The position numbers and the translations under genes were made by a program. From Balanoglossus misakiensis (Eukaryota > Animalia > Hemichordata), in NCBI GenBank assembly GCA_040954595.2, contig CM082580.2:11484909-11548908 (forward strand): DNA of 64,000 nt, in the 5' to 3' direction. Below are positions 27,816 to 39,106 of this stretch, piece by piece (within the stretch, counting starts at the first letter, position 1; each line of letters starts with the position of its first letter). Below the pieces are notes generated by a model. The model was not told where the DNA came from. It was given only the letters and a program-made list of their open reading frames with translations, and did no database searches.

Positions 27816-30186
27816 TCAAAGCGCTGTTTGTATGACGGTTTCCTGGCATATAAAGTTCCTGGATGTGGCACAGTCATCATCAGACCATACTGGTGAACTG
27901 TCAACCCTAATAATTTGGAGGAAAGGAATAATAAATGTCAAATTGTAACCAAAAAATACAAAATAAAGGCTTTAACTTGTCAATATGTAAATTTGATTCT
28001 CACCATTTTAACACTGCGCAGTCTCTGCTGTCGTCCACCGGAGCGCCACCATTCTGCCAGCGACTGTAACACACGGTGCTGTTAACACTTTCGTATTCCC
28101 AAAGTCCTTCCACATCCAGATCGTTTGCTCCGAACCAGTACGGCTGTGCCTGGTCCAAGTTATCGCTGAGAAGTTCCTGTCGTCTCTGCGACGTTATCTC
28201 TGCCAAGGTACCAGTCTGGTCGCACTCGGCACTCGCATCCAACCAGCTTTGAGCTTCGTTCGAAGGGCTGAATCTAGTACAGATTTTTATATCATACCCT
28301 GTTGAAGAATTAGAACCGAGAAATGTTTAATTTTGAACAGGTTCGGTGAGAATCACCCTTCAATGTCAATGCCACACACAGTGTTCGCGAAACAGTCACT
28401 TCGCCTGGCATGCAAATTAAATATGACACCATGATCCATCACCATCGGCTGCATTACGGTTTACCAACAGCAAAATGAAGACATTTGCAAGTAAGTCCGT
28501 ACGACTGTGTACAAATCTCGATTTTACCGAGTAGTTTGGCAATGACATAATTTAGGGCATGGTGACTGATGAGAATATTTCCTTCAAACTTCAACAGGCC
28601 CAACCCCTCCGATAATGGACAGTAGAATTTGGATTTCTCACAAGTTTGCGAGAGAAAATCCTCCAACAATTACAATGCAATGAGTCCGACTTTTCAAGAT
28701 TTATGTAAATGACAAAAGAATCTGCATATACTTACTCCTTGCACAGGTGGTTCCCGAGAAGCCAACTGGACAGGAACACACAAAACCATCTGCTGTGTTG
28801 CTGCAAACACCGCCATTTTCACATGGGCTCGCCCCACAGTAATTAACTAAATTAATCAATAAACGACATTAGTTACCCAAGAAATTTCCAAAGTTGTAAG
28901 TCCATAACCACACTAAAAAGTACAATTAAGAAAGCTGTAACAGGTCACTACTGAGTGTTGGGGGGTATTAGCCTGGATTGTGACACGCCACTACACTATA
29001 GCTAGTGTATTACTTTTTACTTTTTCTACTCTTAACTACAGTTTCTAAGAAATGTCCGAATTTTAACAAATTTTACCGCACCGATTTCGCAGTTATCGCC
29101 AAGGAAACCTTCTTGGCAGGTACAAGTATAGCCGCCGGACTCCTCGGTGCATTCGCCATCGTTCTGACACGGATTTGGGTCGCAGTGATTGACAGATACA
29201 GGGACTGGTGAAAAGAGATAACAATTATTATTTTAAGCATTCTTATAAGATTATTCAGAAACTCGCGATTTTCTTTCGTGAGCTTGCTGTGAAATGACAT
29301 CGGGTAGCCCGTGTATATGCAAGTTGCGTATGTGAGAATTGTGAGAATTGTTCTGTCTGTCTGTATGTCTCAGAATTTGAAGCTCTCTGCGACATGATTG
29401 CACTCACCACATACATATGCACACTGAACCTTCTCCCCACTTGAGCAACATCGATCGCTGCCGGGAGGCGCTTCTCCACAGGGATCCATGGTTACACAGA
29501 CAATATCAGCGCCATAGTTGTAACACGATTGACAGGATGTAACGCAATTCGGCAGGTTGCCTTCCCAGAAAGTTCCCAAGCACTCCCAAACTTTACCATC
29601 GACATCTGTAACTATTACTCCGGACTGCCTTGTCTGGTTCACGATTGTTAGTGCCACAAGTGAGGAAAGGGGAAGACAACATGATTTAAGATTTATAACA
29701 TTTTTTTCTGCAGCAAATTTTGGTTTACAGTATGACGCCATTCATCACCACCCACCAGTCTAACTCTTCTTCTAAAAAGACATAATTTTGTCTGGCATCT
29801 ATATTATATTGATGATGGGCAGTCTTGTATAATCAAGATGAAAAGTTCAAAGTATGGATTAATCGATCTATTATCTCTGTGGTAAACAGTTATTTATCCA
29901 GTCCGACGCCATACACGATTTATATCATATTCTCAGAGAATTGAGCTTGTGGTAAAACACATCACACTGAAATCATCTAAATTTGTGGAAATATTAACCC
30001 GTTACTTTCACAACTTCAGTCGGATAATTTTACAGGATATTTGTGTTCTTAACGCTATCGTAACTCTGACAAATCCATGTCTATTATCATTTTTAAAGAC
30101 GTTTTTAAATTACTTACATTTCTGTCAGATGAAGTTATTTCCTGTGAAAATATCAACAGTAACAGGCAGACGACCAAGCTCCTCAT
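27816..30186 (-). CDS. Secreted protein A: signal peptide, unrecognised 10-Cys module, EGF, EGF, C-type lectin-like domain (~304 aa)
   Basis: Exons 30186-30118 (MRSLVVCLLLLIFSQEITSSDRN), 29633-29408 (Cys-rich), 29204-29082 (CDPNPCQNDGECTEESGGYTCTCQEGFLGDNC), 28846-28736 (CGASPCENGGVC...CSCPVGFSGTTC), 28298-28004 (SWLDASAEC...YWFGANDLDVEGLWEY...DCAVL), 27906-27816 (WSDDDCATSRNFICQ). 915 nt, in frame. Confidence 0.85.
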
Positions 30187-33090
30187 TGTCAATATACTTC
30201 ACTGTGAAAGCAAATGCATCAGTGTTACGTGTATATATGACCGGATACAGAATTATCATTGAAACGAAGACGGATTGAAAGCGATATTTCCCATGATAGA
30301 ATTTTTTTTTAAATGGACATGATGATGGATATGTTGAATTTCTCAGCGCTACATGTTCGTTTTATGAAGCGCCATCCATATTTCAGTGGTGCAGAATTCG
30401 AATCAATATTTCCCCAGCGCTTCGCTTCTGTTGCCGCGGTAACAGTAGTATGGTATTCTCAGGCGGCGTATCAAAGATTTGGTGTCACAATTGTGTTGAC
30501 GTTTTCAATGCCAAGTTTAAGCCCAAACACATGCTGCAATGAATCAACAGTCATCCTGCTATTGTATGTTGCACGACCAATTTCATGTAGGCCTAACATC
30601 AAACAAAATTGGCGCAGGTGGGTACGAACCTATTCCTGTCTAAAACTCTAGAAGAACTGGGTCCTCCAAAAAGATTCTTGACACAACTTTACTTTCTTTT
30701 TTTCAATACATTCAAATTGACTCTGCATCTCATTAAGCTGAACACCTGACTTCTGCAACATGCAAAACACTCTTTTCCGTCGACTTTCCAGATAATATGT
30801 AATTAGGGCATTGTTCGCTGCAAAGAAAAATCTGTGTGGTGATCAGTTATCCCATTTGCTGATAACAGAATTATCGCAACAGGCGATGCAAATGTACATT
30901 GGTATTCCTTACCTCCAAGTTTTCCTTCCTAGTGGCAATGTTTGTATCTGTAGTACAACGTTAATAATGTACATAAGTCTGCCTACAGCGTTCTTCAGAA
31001 ATGCTTCCACGAATGTGAGGGGACTTTTTTCACCGTTCCATGTCTAATATGGAATAACACGGCCTTCAAATAGCAATTCTCTTTATATTGGCGCCAATTT
31101 ACGAGCGTCACGTGACTTCAAAGTGGGTCCGCGGAATTACCGAGTGTGGGTTTGAAAAAAATCAATAAAATTCTCGAAATATGGTATTTAAACAGACTTC
31201 TAATAGTTGTAATAAGAAAGCGTCCATTTTCGCGCTAACTCGGGTGACCCTTTTCTTGATGGGATGACCCCTGCGTTGTGCACAGGCACAAAGGCTTTCC
31301 TTGAAACGTGTGATGGTTTCTTTGATGACAGGAATTTACTATTGAATCAACGCATTTTATCCACTCGAATTGACGCGCCTTGTAATTGATTTGCAATTTA
31401 CTTTCTTGTCGCTTGACTATTAATTTGTTGAAATAAATTCCACGATGAGCACGTTTTTGCATATTGATATACATGTTGTTCTATAAAGAAAACACACAGA
31501 GAAAGTCACGTGTTTGTGATATTGTGTTGTCTATTCGTAAATATGTTTTATCTTCATTATATATGCCTTCTTTATGGCAGTTGAAGAACACTGACAGAAA
31601 CGTGTGCTTCGGATAACTTGCTAATCGAAAACATCGAAATTAATCTATTTTCTGATATTTCTGCGCTTCATTTGCGCCAGTAACTTCAGGACCTTCTGTT
31701 CCTGAATTAATCATGACTTTGGCCAAGGTTGGCTTACCCAGTTTCAAAAATAAAGTTTTAGAAAACGGAAGTTCACTTGAATCGGCTGAAGAGCGGACTT
31801 GATAACTTCACTAGAATGTTCTAATTAATAAAATACTTTTATAGGTAAGCCACCATATTGCTCATGGGCAATATTATGTAGTATTAAGTTATTCGCAACG
31901 TCACCGCAACTTTTATTAGTTCGTAAATCATCATAACGGGTATGTACACTTTGTTTTGATGTTGTTTAACTATTCCGGACATGAAAACTTCGTGGCTATG
32001 TGCAAGAAGAACAATCATTGACGACGATTATTTACTGTCATACGGTCTCAGAGCCATTAATTGCCAACATCATGAACATTTGCAGTGGAAATTTAAAAAG
32101 TATACTTATATAAGTGTAACAGGTGGTGTGTTGTAAAACATTGCGAGCATTTTATCCTAAGCATTTTGTTTTAAAATTCTTACTCTCGTTTCATTTGTGC
32201 AGCGAATGAGATCTGAAGTTTGCGTTATCAAAACACACCAATATTGCAAAGGAAAAAACACTCAGAACTTATAAATTGGGATACTAGACTTACCGTCATA
32301 ATTATTTGTGACGTCATTTGTGATGCTGTTGTATTTGAACAACATACTATGGGCACATGACTGTCGTATATAAACATGTAAATTCAAATCCTCATCTCTC
32401 CTTTTCTTTTAAAAAGAGATTCGATGTGGAAGCGCAAAGAATGGGAGGTAAAAACTCGTCTCCATGGTAACCGCACGCAAGCGTTCAAACATCCAGCGTG
32501 ATACGCAAAAACGACACTGGTGGAATGGAAGGTTCACATCCTTAATGAATTATGACTTCGTATTTTGTGTCGACCATATGGTACAGAATTCACTCCCAAA
32601 CCCATTATATTGCGACAATGGAAACCAAACACTGTATATGACGCATAAACTGTTAAAATACTTCAAAAATCACATCAAATATGAGTAATTTCCTAATTTC
32701 CTTCATTTGGAGGACACTATCAGATTACTTTACTTTCCTATACTAGTTTCGTTACGGGCAACCGAAGGATATGATGCCTCCTTTGAATTGTAGATTTCGA
32801 TTAATTTCCAATTTCCCGACTTCTTTTATGTGAGACTGTGGACATCTGTCTGTTTTAATTGCCATGATTCTTTGGTTGCGGCGTCTTCGTTACATTTCTC
32901 AATAGTGCAGCCTTGAAGTCAGGCGGTTCCTACTTTCACAGAAACTGGCGTTTAGTCAACATGATAACAATTTTCCGACTATTTTCCTCGCTAATTATTT
33001 ACAATGTGTCTCAGTTTGGCTCTCCTTCCATTATCCTCTTCTCTTGTTCCTGTGATTAAAATAACGACTGTTGAACAACATCTCTCTTTT

Positions 33091-33127
33091 ATATCTCCGT
33101 CTCTCTGCCTCTGTCTGTCTGTCTCTC

Positions 33128-33177
<50 letters not shown>

Positions 33178-33195
33178 TCTCTCCCCATCTCTCTT
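33091..33195. repeat. (CT)n microsatellite
   Basis: Long perfect and imperfect CT run; it produces the spurious ERER and SLSL ORFs. Confidence 0.95.
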
Positions 33196-33917
33196 TCAAA
33201 AACAGACCCATTTTGTTTTAACATGTATATGTTTATTATGTCGTATACGTTTTCCGAATAAGTTTAAAACAATGGAAACATATGTCATTGTTACATGTAA
33301 TCAATGAGATATTCTCAGAATATCGGTGGGAAATTCGGAGTACAGTCAGCAAGAGTCACCTTCAGTTGAAAATGTTGCTGCATGCGTGACATCTGCGTTT
33401 TCTAAATATATGCAATCCGGTCGGTCGGAGGTTGTCATCAAAACGTCATTTTAAACGATCTTTAATATGCTAAGATAAATCGAAGTCGACAGCGGTTTTT
33501 CGTATGTTTGGAGCTTCAAATAATTTGTAATGAAGTTTAATACACGTACCAGTAATACTCTCAGTTTCCTACACACAGCGTAGCTGAGCATCGGAATTAA
33601 CTATATTCAAATAGTATTAAAACTAAATCCTTAAGTCAGATCAACGTTTCGCTATATGAACAGTCTAGCCACACGACGGGACCCTTACGACGTAGCGACG
33701 ACGAGTGAACTATTTCTGGGCTCGCTAACTGAACAAAGAGAGAAAGACGAATGTTCATCGTTGTATAAGTTTTCTACACGTCAATGTGTTGCCAGTTTTT
33801 TATCATTTTTGTTGTGTAAGAAAACATATTTTTTTAATAATTGAAAGATCAATTGGTCTTATTTAGTTAATCTTGGTCGACGTGGAATTATTTTAATGCA
33901 GAAGCAGATAATGATGG

Positions 33918-36900
33918 TTACATCCACCGGTGAATGGTTATTGCGACTTCATCGACCCTTGAAACAGCTAGATAGATGTCTCCGTTGTCTTCAAACACGT
34001 GACATGTTCTCGTGTCGCCCGGAACAAAGGTAAGGTACCTGACTAAGGAGTTCGCTATCTGTGGCTGGTGTAAAGCGTACACCACGGAGCTGGTCGTCAC
34101 CAAGAATGGATACCTATCGACTTCGAAAGCGCAGGTTCTGCCGTTTCTGGTTATCAGGAGGGAGTTTTCCGCGATGGTGGTGGTCACGCTGAAACCGTCG
34201 TCGCGCCAGACGTAGACAGACGCTTCAAGATCGAATGCCACGACGTGCCACTCGCACTTGAAGTAGAACTTGGAGAAACCGCGGACTCGGGAGAACGGTG
34301 TGGGCGTTTCGTGGACCACGAAGGACAAACCGTCGTCCGCAAGTCTGTGCAATTTTATACTTTCTTCGTCTTCAGCAAATATCAGGTAGGTGGTTTCGTC
34401 GTCTTCGAAGGAGATGGCCTCATTCGCCCTGTTGGTAGCGATGTTCTGGAAGTTGACAAACAGGCCCGAATTCTCGTCCCACCTGTAGACGGCGCTGTCG
34501 ACGAGGAACGAATCGTCGCTTTGCGTGTTGCTGAGCACGAGAAACTCGCCGTGTTTGGAGCTAAAGAAAAGAAAGTGACTGGCCCCACAAGACGGCAGGC
34601 TCTGCAAGAGAACGAATTTGGACTGGGACTCAGACCAGGTAAAAACGTGTGAGAGAGTCAGGACACTTCCGGTGCCCGGGTCTCTGTTAATGGCGACAGC
34701 AAGGAACACCTGTCCGCCGATGTCGAATGACTCCACGTGGTGACCATTGGCCAAACGGTAGCCGTCGAATAAATCACTCGTGTTGACAGGTGTTAAACCG
34801 CTGGTGCCATCAAACATGTAGACCTGGCAATCGCTGCCATGACTACACGTTACCATATATTGGCCACCATTAACAGAGAAAGTACTGATGAAATCCGAAA
34901 CTTCTGCTACACTCGTTGTCATGACTGGTGTCACTGTAAATTGCCCTGTCGTCTCGTTTGGTTCACTGTCGCCTGAAAAGTAAATTATTTAAATACTTGT
35001 AAAGTGTTTTTACATCAACGGGGTATATAAGCATGGCTATCAGTGTACTTTGCGGTCATTTGAAATCACCCTCTTCCCCTCACGAATGAGCCGGGACTAT
35101 AGTTTCCCGTGTAGTAAATAGGCAAGAGTTGACTTACAGATTTCACAGTTGTTGCCCGAAAAATCGTCAGTACACAGACATTGGTAGGTGGCTACGTCAT
35201 CCACGCAAGTGCCGCCGTTTTGGCAAGGAGAGGGGGCGCACTCGTCGATGTCGATCTGGCAGTTGAGTCCCTGGTAACCAGGGGAACAGTGGCACGTGTA
35301 ACCATCTCCGGTGGGGGAACTTTGGCACGATCCACCGTTTGCACAAGGATTGGCGCCACACGCGTCGGAAAGTGGGAGAACTGACGTAAAAACGAGACAT
35401 TCCATATCAAAGTATTATACCAAAACCAAAGCACCAAAAACTGTCAATGAATGTGATAAAGTAATAACTATATGAACAAAATGTGCGCCCAAGTTTGGAA
35501 AGTTTTGTGTCATTGCCTCCTAAACAAGACGCGCATAACCAAACAGCAGTGACTTCCTGTTCTCGACGACAGCCTGTGCAATATACATAATGGCAGTACA
35601 CGTAACGCATACTGAATGCTGCATATCTTGACAAATATTGATTTCCTTAAAGAATAAAGAAATGTTTCATACAGCTCGTCATAAATACAAACAACTCCTA
35701 CCTTTCAACTCACAGATAAACGGTTTGACTTCGGAGCAATCCACTGCATCCCAGTAACCATCGCCCCTAACAAAACAAGTGAACATATTTTTTAGGCTGC
35801 CGATAGACTCAAATAATACACGCAAGGATCCACGCAAGAACTTGAATAGAATAACCGAACTAAACCGATACGTACTGTAACACCGCACAGTTGGCCGCGG
35901 CCGACGGGCCTGCTTGCCAGTTCCGATAACCAGCACACGATTGGTTGGAATAGGTCCAATCAGCACCCGTCTTATGAATACCAAACCACGCCTTGTCGAT
36001 GTTGTGAGCACTGATATGGTTGGTTAGAAACCCATTGATATATCCACCTCTGATACGTGCCAAAGTACTTCCTTCGCCTGCATCTGCCTGGCATTTATTT
36101 ATAGCGTCGTTCCAAGACAAATTTTCCTGATGAATTGTGTAATATTTACATCCAGGACGTAAAGTCCCCGCAACCTGGCGCTTTGACAGGTGGTCTGGTA
36201 TGCGTGAATTGAACGAAAGAAAAAATATAAGAATCGGTTGAAACAATAATGTTCACGGTATATACTAATAGTTATGGGTGATATCAAGTATATGGACGTT
36301 ACAAAATACTAGTACTCTTTTCTGACTACATGTACAGTACTACCGTTTGAGTTCAGAAGACACTTTTTCATCCAGGCTGCTATTTGCGAAACGAAGACGA
36401 ATCGTATTAAGATCGCTTACCTCGTAGAATCCTGCCTGAACCGAGAAAGCCGTCGACCTATACAATGATACAAATACAACGTTAAGATTGCTGTTGTTTC
36501 TCTTGCCAGCAAAAGAAAACTGATACTGGCATTCTCCGGTAAAATATTGTAGCGCAATTTTAAATATCTCTACTTCAACGTATTATTAAAGCTACACTTG
36601 GTAAATTGAGCTTTTCTCCTTTACCTCGCCTACGGAAAATCCGTTGACTTGTACAGCGACGACATCGCATACCAGCAACACCAGCAATAATGACCGATAC
36701 GGGATCCTCGTCTTCCACAAACAAAGTCTGTGAATAAACAGGTCTATAAACGTGGTGCCCAGCACTGCCTATATATCGCATTACATTCAGTCACATATTA
36801 GTCACAATTGAAATATTTGCTGTTCTTGGACACACAAAGTGCCCGGCAATGTCTTAATCCTTCTGTAGGAACTGAACTGGAGATAGGATCCGATGCACCG

Positions 36901-37008
36901 GTAATTCACCTGATTTTCCCGCGAAGAAACTGGAATTAGAAACAGTTGATACTAGAATGATTTTTTTGAAAATTACAGCTACTGTTGCACGTACCTTTTA
37001 ACCTTCAT
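33918..37008 (-). CDS. Secreted protein B: signal peptide, C-type lectin-like domain, EGF, Ca-binding EGF, EAR/EPTP-repeat beta-propeller (~611 aa)
   Basis: Exons 37008-36995 (GCCACC ATG, MKVKR), 36727-36625 (signal peptide RSLLLVLLVCDVVAVQVNG), 36457-36421, 36194-35876 and 35766-35702 (CTL: LSWNDAINKC...AWFGIH...NCAVL...WDAVDCSEVKPFICE), 35380-35138 (two EGFs, DIDECAPSPCQNGGTC), 34972-33918 (repeats such as VESFDIGGQVFLAVA...SAVYRWDENSGLFVNFQNIAT). 1836 nt, in frame. Confidence 0.85.
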
Positions 37009-39106
37009 GGTGGCAACTCTGCGTTCATCACCGTGAGTGTGTGTGTAAAGGTCGGTGTACAGCGATGCCTCAGATCCAATAACCTTGCCCCGCCAAACTG
37101 ACAATTAACGTCGTCTCATTTGCTTTTTATGGCACGATTTTAACAAAAGATGCTATGATAGATGTGTATCTGGGATTGAATCATTTTTTTGGCAATTTCA
37201 ACCTTATTGGCCACTCTGGGTGTCGTACAATGGACCATACTAATCCGGCCTTTGTTGTAACACTCCGTGGGTCTAAATTTGCATGTTTTAAAAAAGTTGC
37301 TCAAATGAAGATAGAAGACCCACAGAACTGAATTAATTGTCGTTTTCTTGGTACTATTATGACCGTAAGGTTCGCCTACTGCATTGTGAAATTACCGTTA
37401 TTGCTTTGAAATACCCATCAAATCATCGCAAGGGCGAACACAACAATCCAATTCCAGATTAATCGACCGAACGCGTGTAATTTATTCATAGTGAAATTCA
37501 TCTCGCGAGTTTCGCATTAATTTTCCAAACCAACGAAATCAAACGAATTGCCATAAATCGCCGCTAAATGCCATCAATATTGTGGGGTTATTGTTGAGTC
37601 AAATTAATTCAAATTGAAGACATATGTCCGCCGTTGCTTCGCACGCAATTCTCACTTTTTCCGTATTCCAGAATGTGTTTACAGTCTTCAGGGATCATTA
37701 ATAATCATTACCTCCAAAGACATGCCACTGTTTGGAGTTTTTGAAATGATCCTTACGTTGCCCTCGGAGACGACCTTTGACCTAGTTCGAAACTATAATA
37801 ATAAAACATTCCTTTCTAGTATTTCTCTTTGGGTAGGCTTAATCAACATGTGCGTCTTGGCAGTTGTCATTTTATTCTGAAAAATTCCATGACATTGTCA
37901 AAAGTCGGCCAGTTTGTGTCGAATGAGGTTAACTGTGTCATGAGTCAAGATTTTATTAAATAGTTGATTCCAATTTAGTCCTTCTTTACCTTTTCGTGAG
38001 AAACGCCGATTCTAAATGTACAATTCCTGCTTGGGCCACGATAAAAAGGAAAATGGCGAAGTTTGTGAAGTGTGATCGAAACTTCAATTCAACTTCAACA
38101 CCACTGCTTGCGAGAAGAATCGTCCCATTGTCGGTAAAAGGCATTAGATTACTTGAACACTTAATTCTACTACTCCTTAATTACGCAGCCCGCCAACACT
38201 TATAATTGGTCACCCATGGCAACCTACTGGGCCATATTGGCGGTAGATTACTACTCATTTGAATAGTTTGCGAGTCATTAAACTTGTCATATTCATACTA
38301 GTAACCATATCGAAATACATGTATTACAATGGTTGCAAACATTATCAGGACATATGGTCCCCGAGTTCCATTTTGGTCACATTTCCAGCAAACAACTTTC
38401 AACAACTTTAATTATTGGCCCTTGTATCTCTAGGAACTAGAGGAACTTTCCCCTTTTGATTTCTGCCGTGGATATTTTCACCAAAGCGTTAAAAACAGCA
38501 CTGAACATCACAGTGCATTGAAGACATCTGTGAGGCAAAGTCGTCAAAACAGTCAGTCGGTATGAGAGTTAGTAAACGATGAAACATCAGAAAAAGAAAG
38601 AATACTAATACATCATTTTGCAATGTTCTATGATTTATTCGTAACATCATGCTTGAATCATTGGGGAGGGGGGGGGGGGTAAAATGTAAATTGCCTCTGA
38701 AAGACCAAACGACGAACTAACACCACCTGGGTTTCTTCAAGATTGGGTTGTAAACGAAGGTTGCTTTGATGTCGAAATGACGTCACAAATAGATAGCAAC
38801 GTGTAAGATACGTGTGGAACTGAGTAAATGTCTAAAGCGGCGATACAGCAAGTTTTTGTTCCTGTCATTTACAAGACATTTCGTTGTCAAAATAAAGAGA
38901 GAACTCGGTTCTACCTATAAAACAGGCAACGAAGTTTCTGTGTCCAACATGAGTTTGTTTATGTAATCCTAAATTCGGCTTACGATCCGCGTTTGTTTGA
39001 GCGAAAATTGCCTACGATGCCAAAGTCCGCCCAAGAGTCAGATATGAGAAAACGATCAATGTTTTCGATTCATGAAAGGCGTTTCGAGGTCTTTCGCGCT
39101 CGGATA

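Noticed and set aside
32991-33307. ERERER and SLSLSL ORFs
   Set aside because: Translations of a (CT)n microsatellite.
36344-36379. Possible extra 36-nt phase-1 exon in gene B (AAWMKKCLLNSN)
   Set aside because: The donor (GTAGTA) is weak, the exon is not needed to keep the frame, and gene C has no counterpart; it cannot be supported without RNA data.
36709-36711. Apparent non-AUG (ACG) start for the gene B signal peptide, downstream of a TATATA
   Set aside because: An upstream 14-nt coding exon with a perfect Kozak context (GCCACC ATG, 37008-36995) splices in frame to the acceptor at 36727, mirroring the structure of gene C.
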